Source: Eledone cirrhosa (lineage: Eukaryota). From it: a stretch of 64,000 bases of DNA. The stretch spans positions 101,556,001 through 101,620,000 of the forward strand of contig OZ024740.1 of assembly GCA_964016885.1 (NCBI GenBank), read 5' to 3'. Below the pieces are notes generated by a model, which was given only the letters and a program-made list of their open reading frames with translations, made no database searches and was not told the origin of the DNA. Position numbers and translations under genes: made by a program. Shown one piece after another: positions 55,314-64,000 of this stretch; the first letter of the stretch is position 1, and each line of letters begins with the position of its first letter.

Positions 55314-58300
55314 CTAAGGCGGGTAAAATTCCCGAGATCCATGGACGAGTTCTCTCCAGCGGTCTCTGTCCCTCATTATCGCTGCCATGTCCTGCATCTC
55401 CAACAGACCAGTGTCTGTCCTTAGGGCATCAACATACGTTAACCTTGGTTTTCCTCTCCTAGTGTGTCCATGTAGGGGCTCCCAAAGGAGTACTGAGTGT
55501 AATGTCAACTCGGGATGTCGGTGAGCATGTCCAGCTAACCTCAGTCTCCTCTGTGTCAATTTTGAGCTGACTTTTGGGATGCTCCCATACAGCTCTGAGT
55601 TTTCCATCCTCAGTGTATACTGATTAATGTTCAGAGCCATCCTCAGCATTTTCGTGTAGCACCCGTCCACCATCTGAGTGAGTTTCTTGGTCAGTGTCCA
55701 AGTCTCAGACACATACAGCAGCACAGACTCCACTACAGCAATGAAGAGGTGGATTTTCAGGTCTCTACGAAGGTCCGACTTCCACACCGATCTCAAGCTG
55801 TGGCACGCCGCCCAGGCCTTGCTCTTCCTCTCAACCACATCATCTTCCGTATTCCCAATCTTTGCTCCCAAATACAGGAAGTCCTCAACCAATTCCAGCG
55901 GCTTCCCGCCTACATTAGTGATCCCCTCTGGCTTCTCAACATTCTCTACCAGATATTTTGTTTTAGTCTCATTCATTCTCAGCCCCACACTCATCGATAC
56001 AGTCTCAACCTCCCGCATCAAATCCTCTGCCTCCTTCACTGTATTTGTCACCAAAACTATGTCATCGGCAAATTCAGCATCCGATACCTTTTTTGCCCTA
56101 ACTCTCCTGCTCTGAGCCGGTGCTACAGTAAAGCCAGAGTCCTGGTGTTTCTCCAGTGCAAGGCGCATACAATAGTCCACTACGATGATAAAAAGGTAGG
56201 GAGCCAATGTATCTCCCTGGAGCACTCCAGCCAGTATCTCAAAGAACTCTGTCATCCCATCAGGTGTAATGACTTGGGCTTTGGTGTTGGTGTAGAGCAG
56301 TGATATCAGGTCCACTATCTTCTTGAGGATTCCATAAGCCTGTAAGATCTTCATCAGGCAGTAACGGTCCACAGAATCAAAGGCCTTCCTAAATTCAATG
56401 AAAACCATGACTGCAGGAAGGCACTTTGCTCTAGCTCCCTCTAATATCCTCCACAGCATCAGGATGTGACTGGTGGTTGATCTACCCTCTCTGAAGCCGT
56501 TCTGGTTGTCCCTGAGCTTCTTCTCCATCTCAGGCTGGATCCTGTTAAGAATCATCCTGTTGAGGGTCTTTGCCACAAGTGACGTCAGTGAGATCCCCCG
56601 GTAGTTGTTGGTGTTAGAGAGATCTCCCTTCTTTGGCACTGGGACGATGTTACTGATCCTCCACTGATTCGGGGCAACTCCTTTCTCCAGTGCCCCGTTA
56701 CAGAACCCCAGAATGATATCATAAAAATCACACCTCTTCATCACCTCTGATGCCACTCCATCTTCTCCATGAGCCTTGCCCTCCTTGATCCTCTTCTTGG
56801 CTCTCTGAAGCTCCTCTCTGGTGAATGGCTCTGTCTCAACATCCAGTTCCTCAAACAGCCGCCTGATCTCCCCAGTGCTCTGGGCTGTGGAGGGTGGCTC
56901 TCCTAGTCGGGTCCTAAAATGGTCTAGCCATTTCCTCTTCCTATCCTCGGCTCGCGTTCCCTGGATCTGACTCGAACACCTTCTCTTCCTCCCTGTGATC
57001 TCGTTGATGATCATCCAGCTCTCCTTACATCCAGATCTGTCAACCGCTCTCTCCACACTTCTGATCTTCTCTATCAGTGCCTCCTCTCTGACCTCAGTGT
57101 AAGCGGTACAGAGCTCTTCCCTCATCACCTCCACAGTCTCCATCCTCTCCTCCGTAGGATCAGCATAGAATTGGTCCCTGGCAGCTTTCAGGTGTTCTCT
57201 GGCTGCACACACTTTTGGGTTTGCAGAGCTGACGTGCTTCCCTTTGTTCTTTTTCCTCGGCACCAGGGTTTCACTTGCTTCCGCCACTGCATTGGTGAAG
57301 TGCACGTACCTCCTCGTCACACTCTCCTCAGTCCATCCAATCTCTCTCTCCTCTGACTCTCCACACAGAGCACTAAACCTGTTTCTCACTTCCACTGTGA
57401 ACCTCTCCTGTAGCTTATCATCTTCCTTGAAAGCTCCCCAGTCATAGATTGTTCTCCGGGGCTGAGCCTTGCTCTTTCTTAAGCTCACGCGGACCTCACT
57501 CATAACAAGCCGGTGGTCACTACCCAGTGTACTGAAATAGCTGTATGGTTCCGTGTTCAGAACACTATTCCGCCACTTTTTCCTCACCAGAATGAAATTA
57601 ATCTGGGACTTGGACAGGTGCATATCTGAGATGTAGGTCCACATCTTCCCCAGATTCTTCCTAAACCTTAGGTTGGTCGCCATCAAGTTCGCCTCCAGCA
57701 GGGTGTCTCTCAGTAGTCTTCCATTTCGGTTGGTGTTGTTATGGAAGTACCAGCAAGGATCTTCACTGCCCTCCTTACTCAGATGTGCATTGAAGTCCCC
57801 CAAAACAAGCAGGATATCGTGTGCCTGAGTGGTGTTGACAGCTCTACACACCTCCTCATGGAACTCTTCCGCATTCACATCACTGTCCCCCTCGGTTGGA
57901 CTATAGGCTGAGATGACTGTCAGTCTTGGGTTTCCATTGAAGGTCACCCTCAACACTCGCGGGGAGATAGGCATTATTTCCCTCACCAACAGATTGGTTT
58001 TTGCACTGAACACAAAACCCACTCCTCCTACTGCAGCATTTGTTGTGTTCTTCACTGCCGATGTAGTGATGAGCTGGCTCTTCCTCCCGATCATCACACT
58101 CCTCACGGGCTCATCGTGTAGAATCCTGTGTTCTTGGATCGCAAGTATCTGTATACCACTCTCCTCGAACAGATGTCCCAACTCCTCTCTCTTCTCCAGC
58201 GTCCGAATAGTCCTCACATTCAAAGTGCCCATTTTGATGGCTCTTCTCCAGGACAAAACTGCATTCTTTATATTTGTCTCAGAGACAGCTGATCCATCAT

Positions 58301-58493
58301 CCACTGGCCCTCTCTGTGGCTCTAAGCCAGCAGAGTCATAACGACCAGGCTGCTCCTTGACAGTGTAATTAGGGGCTCTAACCTTAGTGCTGTTAGATCG
58401 ACTCTCCATATTTCTTTTCAATGGCTGACAATACCCTACCGGCGCCACTCGAATAAGGTAGTTATTTAACCCATAAATGGAGCCCTAACAGGT
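55304..58493 (-). mobile_element. Apparently full-length RTE LINE in (TA)n with (TAGA)n tail
   Basis: A short 5' leader precedes the single ORF, whose TAG stop is the first unit of the (TAGA)n tail. TA tracts lie on both sides. Confidence 0.85.
55314..58409 (-). CDS. RTE-clade LINE single ORF: APE endonuclease + reverse transcriptase (frame open to at least 58448)
   Basis: APE motifs: GTLNVRT, LAIQEHR, SAYSPT, LGDFNA, SDHRLV. RT motifs: [50 protein letters not shown]. There are no stops; the first ATG is at 58409. Confidence 0.9.
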   Translation of the reverse strand: MESRSNSTKVRAPNYTVKEQPGRYDSAGLEPQRGPVDDGSAVSETNIKNAVLSWRRAIKMGTLNVRTIRTLEKREELGHLFEESGIQILAIQEHRILHDEPVRSVMIGRKSQLITTSAVKNTTNAAVGGVGFVFSAKTNLLVREIMPISPRVLRVTFNGNPRLTVISAYSPTEGDSDVNAEEFHEEVCRAVNTTQAHDILLVLGDFNAHLSKEGSEDPCWYFHNNTNRNGRLLRDTLLEANLMATNLRFRKNLGKMWTYISDMHLSKSQINFILVRKKWRNSVLNTEPYSYFSTLGSDHRLVMSEVRVSLRKSKAQPRRTIYDWGAFKEDDKLQERFTVEVRNRFSALCGESEEREIGWTEESVTRRYVHFTNAVAEASETLVPRKKNKGKHVSSANPKVCAAREHLKAARDQFYADPTEERMETVEVMREELCTAYTEVREEALIEKIRSVERAVDRSGCKESWMIINEITGRKRRCSSQIQGTRAEDRKRKWLDHFRTRLGEPPSTAQSTGEIRRLFEELDVETEPFTREELQRAKKRIKEGKAHGEDGVASEVMKRCDFYDIILGFCNGALEKGVAPNQWRISNIVPVPKKGDLSNTNNYRGISLTSLVAKTLNRMILNRIQPEMEKKLRDNQNGFREGRSTTSHILMLWRILEGARAKCLPAVMVFIEFRKAFDSVDRYCLMKILQAYGILKKIVDLISLLYTNTKAQVITPDGMTEFFEILAGVLQGDTLAPYLFIIVVDYCMRLALEKHQDSGFTVAPAQSRRVRAKKVSDAEFADDIVLVTNTVKEAEDLMREVETVSMSVGLRMNETKTKYLVENVEKPEGITNVGGKPLELVEDFLYLGAKIGNTEDDVVERKSKAWAACHSLRSVWKSDLRRDLKIHLFIAVVESVLLYVSETWTLTKKLTQMVDGCYTKMLRMALNINQYTLRMENSELYGSIPKVSSKLTQRRLRLAGHAHRHPELTLHSVLLWEPLHGHTRRGKPRLTYVDALRTDTGLLEMQDMAAIMRDRDRWRELVHGSREFYPP

Positions 58494-58807
58494 ATATATA
58501 TATGTATATATAGATATATATATGTATGTATATATATATGTATGTATATATATATATATATGTATTTGTTTTGCGAGGTGTTTGGTATGAAATCGTGTGT
58601 AGAAACAAATATTGTTATACTTGGGGAGGGTCATATTGTTGTAATAATATTGCCAGAATTAATAACAGAACACACTCACTGTTTGGTTGGTTTTTGCTTC
58701 TGTATCTTTTATATCAGTTAATTTATTCGGTCCTCAATGTGTACCATTGACTGACCAATGGTCAAAAATACAGATATAATATAGATACAAACACATATAC
58801 ATAGTCT

Positions 58808-58850
58808 AACAAAGTTCTTTCGTTGCACATCTGCAACATCGTCAGTGGTG
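58808..58850 (-). ncRNA. Hammerhead-like motif, possibly in an orphan Penelope pLTR (~58565-59250)
   Basis: CTGACGA-t-gttgca-gatg-tgcaac-GAAA has an intact core and stem II, but stems I and III pair poorly. Confidence 0.4.
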
Positions 58851-59316
58851 CTATTATGTTTCCTCCTGTTTTATTGTATGTCTACGCCATCTTTATTTAA
58901 TCTGTTTATTTATTTATTTTTATCTTCTTCTCTGCGCATTCATTTGCGTGTGTGTTTAGTGTTTGATGTGTGTTCGCGTTTGGGTGACTGTGTTTTGGTT
59001 ATTGTATTCTATTTTAGTTTACTAGTGTGTGTTTATATGTGTTTGTTGTTATTGTGCTTGTGTATATATTTATTTATTTATTTATATTTCTCTTAGTTCA
59101 GTATTGTTTGGGTGTTGTTATTCCATTCATTTTTTCTGTTTAGCTTTGGCCCTCTAAGTTCTATTTCACTGGCCTTTCTGATTTGCATATCTGCTGGGGT
59201 CATTTCTGTTTAGATATTATTTTAATTTCTATATTGTCTAACCACTATATTGTCTAACCACTAAGCCATGCGCCTTCATGAATGTATATATATATATAAT
59301 TATATATGTATATATG

Positions 59317-59451
<135 letters not shown>

Positions 59452-59484
59452 AGAATATTTTCGAAACAGCGGGTGGGTTTGAAA

Positions 59485-59718
59485 TTATTAGAAATGTAAG
59501 CTATCGCCGTATTTTGACTAAAGAAATTAAAGAAATTATTTAGCCTGATAGTGGGGTTAAGAACGCTCGTAGAAATGGAAAAAGATGAGTATTGACATAC
59601 ATCTACGTCAATACTCATATTTTTCCATTTCTACGAGCATTCTTAACCCCACTATCAGGCTAAATAATTTCTTTAATTTCTTTAGTCAAAATACGGCGAT
59701 AGCTTACATTTCTAATAA
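59485..59718. repeat. Near-perfect palindrome: 112-bp arms, 10-nt loop
   Basis: 59485-59596 vs 59607-59718 shows two mismatches by eye. It is flanked by (TA)n, with a ~37-bp extension on the left. Confidence 0.95.
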
Positions 59719-59727
59719 TATATATAT

Positions 59728-62428
59728 ATGAGTAAGGAAGAGCAATTAGAGTCGTACAATATAGAGGAACAGTGGGAATTCCTGAAAGCTAACCTGCTGA
59801 AGGCGACAGATGAAACCTGTGGCTGGAGCAGACCTATAGGCAGGAGGAGAGTAACTTGGTGGTGAAACGGTAAGGTGGAGGGGTCAATCAAGGCCAAAAA
59901 GCAAGCTTCAAAAGCATGGCGGGATGGGGGAAGTAGAGAAGACTATCAAGTGGTCAGGGGGGAAGCTAGGAGACAAGTGTACTTCGCAAGAAGGGAAGCA
60001 GAGGAAAGAAAGTTCAAGTATGTTCTACAACGCGAGGACCAAAAACGTGAGGTGTTCAGGATTGCTAGGCAATGTGTCAAGGGGAACTGTGATATTGTCG
60101 GTGAGAAGTGTGTCCTTAATGATGATGGTGTACTTGCCATCACTGGCGCTGAGAAGAAGGTATCTTGGAAGTGTCACTACGAAAGGCTACTAAATGAGGA
60201 GAATAATTGGGAGAAAGACAGTCTCCCTCACATCGATCCAATAGAGGGACCAGCAGTGCAAGTTGAAGGTAGTATAATAAGTAAGGCGATCAAAGACATG
60301 AAGACGGGCAAGGCAGCCGGGCCTTCGGAAATAGTTGCTGAAATGCTGAAAGCATCTGGAACGGTGGGACACACTATGGTCACCCGGATAGTAAACCAAG
60401 TCATACAGAATGGGGTCGTTCCGAAGGACTGGCGCAGCAGCATCATCATTAACTGCTACAAGGGTAAAGGTGATGCCCTAGATAGGGGAAACTATAGAGG
60501 CATTAAATTAATTGACCAAGTCATGAAGGTCACAGAAAAAGTAATAGCGCAACTAATCAGAGAGCGAATTGATCTAGACGAAATGCAGTTCGGGTTTGTG
60601 TCAGGTAAAAGTACAACAGACGCTCTTTTCATTGTACGACCACTACAGGAGAAGTACCTAGCTAAAAGTAAACCCCTATACTTAGCTTTTGTTGACTTGA
60701 AGAGAGCCTTTGACAGAGTACTGCGCTAGATTATCTGGTGTGCCCTTAGAAAACTAGGTGTTGTTGAATGGCTTGTGAGAGCTATACAAGCCATGTATAA
60801 AGAAACAGTCAGCAAGGTTAGAATTAACAACGAATATAGTGAAGAGTTTAGCGTAAAAGTTGGTGTCCATCAGGGCTCCGTCCTTAGCCCCTTACTATTT
60901 ATTATTGCCTTTCAGGAGTTCAAGACCGGCTGCCCTTGGGAACTCCTATATGCAGATGATATAACGCTCATAGCTGAATCAATGGCTGAACTAGAGAAGA
61001 AATTCCAAACATGGAAGCATGGCCTAGAATCAAAAGGCCTTAAAGTTAACTTGTCTAAGACTAAAGTTCTAGTTTGAAGGAAGGAAAATAGGGCACCGGT
61101 CTCATCTGGGAAATGGCCATGCTCAGTGTGTAGGAATGGAGTAGACAGAAACTCCATTTTATGTCCCAAATGCAAAGTATGGGTGCATAAAAGATGTATT
61201 GGGATCACAGGTAAGCTAACTAAGAATATAGATTTTATATGTGGCCGGTGCTCTGGTGCAATAAGTAGCAGCAAGTGCCCACAGAATACTAGCTCATTCC
61301 ATTGCATAGATGGTTCTATAGAAATAGTGGACAGCTTCCGTTACCTGGGTGACAAAATCAGCAGTGGGGGGGGGGGGTGCTCTGAAAGTACAGTAGCTAG
61401 AGTCAGAACGGGATGGAAAAAGTTCAGAGAGCTTATACCACTATTGGCCGCTAAAGGGTTCTCTCTAAAAATGAAAGGCAGGCTGTATGATGCCTGCATA
61501 CGAACAGCAAGTGAGACCTGGGCATTGTGTGCAGAGGATATACGCAGACTGGAGAGGAACGAAGCTTGCATGCTCCGCTGGATGTGTAATAGCTATATAC
61601 GTGAACGGCAAAGCATAAACGATCTAAGGGAGAAATTAGGAATAAGAGGGATCAGATGTTGTTTACTCGAGAGAAGACTACGTTGGTACGGTCAAGTGAT
61701 GCGCATGAAAGACAACAGCTGTATAAAAAAGTGCAGAGCAATAAAAATAGACGGTAGCCTTGGAGTAGGCAGACCCAGTAAAACCTGGGACGACTTGATA
61801 AATTCCGACCTCACACACTTACACCTCTCCAAGACAATGTCACTGGACCGAGATCTTTGGCACTACACAGGTATACAGAAGACCCGCCTTGCCTAAGTAC
61901 AAAGCGAAACCTACAGTCAGTAGGTACCTCTAACAAAATACACCCTCGTCCCACTACCCCCACCCCATCCACACCACCCCCTTAAATGTGAAGTTATGTT
62001 GGTACCACAACATCCAGTCCGAAACAAATGAGGTCGTGTAGGTATCACGACAAAAAAAAACACACAGTCCATGCTGTAATGTGGCCGTGTAGGTAACACG
62101 GTAAAAACCTCCCAGTACACACTGTAAACATGGTTGGTGTTGGGAAGGGCATCCAGCCGTAGAAAATCCGCCAGACATGTAGGTGTCACGACAAAAAAAC
62201 ACACAGTCCACGCTGTCATGTGGCTGTGCAGGTAACACGGTAAAAACCTCCCAGTCCACACTGTAAACGTGGTTGGTGTTAGGAAGGGCATCCAGCCGTA
62301 GAAAACCCGCCAGACAGTCCTATACGAGCAGGACAACCAATCTTGCCTCAAGTGGGAAAACTCCCGTCCAAACCCATGCAAGCGTGGAAGATGGACGTTA
62401 AACGATGATGATGATGATGATGATGATG
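59728..62428 (+). mobile_element. RTE-type LINE copy 2 (PHD-RT family), 5'-truncated, disrupted
   Basis: Colinear with 1585-3984 and extends ~430 bp further 5'. It has stops at 60727 and 61075, two 12-bp deletions, two 3'-UTR units and a (GAT)n tail. Confidence 0.92.
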
Positions 62429-62490
62429 ATATATGTATATATATATGTATATATATATATATGTATATATATGTATATATATGTATATAT

Positions 62491-63351
62491 ATTAGCCGCT
62501 AAAGTGTTCTCCCTAAAAATGAAAGGCAGGTTGTACGATGCCTGCATACGAACAGCAATGTTGCATGGCAGTGAGACCTGGGCATTGTGTGCAGAGGATA
62601 TACACAGACTAGAGAGAAACAAAGCTTGCATGCTCCGCTGGATGTGTAATAGTAATATACGTGAACGACAAAGCATAAACGAACTAAGGAAAAAATTAGA
62701 AATAAGAGGGATCAGATGTTGTTTACTAGAGAGAAGGCTACGTTGGTATGGTCACGTGATGCGCATGAAGGACGATAGCTGTATAACAAAGTGCAGGGCA
62801 ATAAAGATAGACGGTAGCCACGGAATAGGCAGACCCAGAAAAACCTGGGACGAGCTGATAAACTCCGACCTCACACACTTACACCTCACCAAGACAATGT
62901 CACTGGACCGAGACCTTTGGCGGTACTCAGTAATAGAGAAGACCCGCCTTACCTAAAGACAAAGTAAAACCTACTACAGTCAGTAGGCATCTCTAACAAA
63001 ATACACCCCCTTCCCCCCACCCCCACCCCATCCACACAGCCCCCTTCTATGTAAAGTTATGTTGGTGCCACACCATCCAGGCCGAAACAAATGAGATCGT
63101 GTAGGTGTCACGACAAAAAAACACACAGTCCACGCTGTAATGTGGCCGTGTAGGCAACACGGTAAAAACCTCCCAGACCCACACTGTAAATGTGGTTGGT
63201 GTTAGGAAGGGCATCCAACTGTAGAAAACCTGCCAGACAGTCCTATGCGAGCAAGACAATCATTCTTGCCTCAAGTGGGAAAACCCCCGTCCAAACCCAT
63301 GCAAGCGTGGAACACGGACGTTAAACGTTGATGATGATGATGATGATGATG
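62491..63351 (+). mobile_element. RTE-type LINE copy 3 (same family), 3' 860 bp only
   Basis: LAAKVFSLKMKGRLYD...IEKTRLT* is nearly identical to copy 1. It has one 3'-UTR unit and a (GAT)n tail. Confidence 0.92.
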
Positions 63352-63700
<349 letters not shown>

Positions 63701-63795
63701 TCACGATAAATTAACGGAGCCATAGATTCTCGCTATTCTCTGTAAATAATGTGCTCAAAAGAGAGGAAATCCTGAGCTCTTTATAATACAATATT

Positions 63796-63944
63796 TTGAA
63801 AAGGTAACACTCTAGAGAGAGATACAGTGCGCTATCAATAAAACAGGTTATAGATTCCATAGGTTATAGATTCCATACACTGGTGGTTTTTCCCTGTTTA
63901 ATTGATAGCGCACTGTATCTCTCTCTAGTGTGCTACCTTTTCAA
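63796..63944. repeat. Fold-back: 52-bp inverted arms, spacer carrying a 16-bp direct duplication
   Basis: 63796-63847 vs 63893-63944 match at 49/52 positions. aggttatagattccat occurs twice at 63845-63876. A ~95-bp extension lies on the left, with (TA)n on both sides. Confidence 0.9.
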
Positions 63945-63945
63945 C

Positions 63946-64000
<55 letters not shown>

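Overview
This is an AT-rich, repeat-saturated eukaryotic window. The SINE/LINE repertoire suggests an octopus-like coleoid cephalopod (inference). No host protein-coding gene can be supported. Main contents: (1) a decayed mariner transposase at 1-740. (2) Three 5'-truncated copies of an RTE-type LINE; the two longer ones show a PHD-type zinc finger inserted inside the reverse transcriptase, and tRNA/CORE-like SINEs share their 3' tail. (3) A ~23.4-kb minisatellite array whose 23-bp unit switches to a 26-bp unit, and whose right edge is triplicated together with the 3' end of a complete non-autonomous Helitron. (4) A Naiad-like Penelope element flanked by ~984-bp inverted pseudo-LTRs, each with a minimal hammerhead ribozyme. 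(5) A Neptune-like GIY-YIG remnant, an uninterrupted 1044-aa APE-RT RTE ORF, and Dong/R4 and L1/Tx1 fragments. (6) Three small fold-back elements sitting in (TA)n tracts that resemble the Penelope architecture in miniature. The long + strand ORFs in 9.6-33 kb and the YI/HT-rich ORFs are repeat artefacts.
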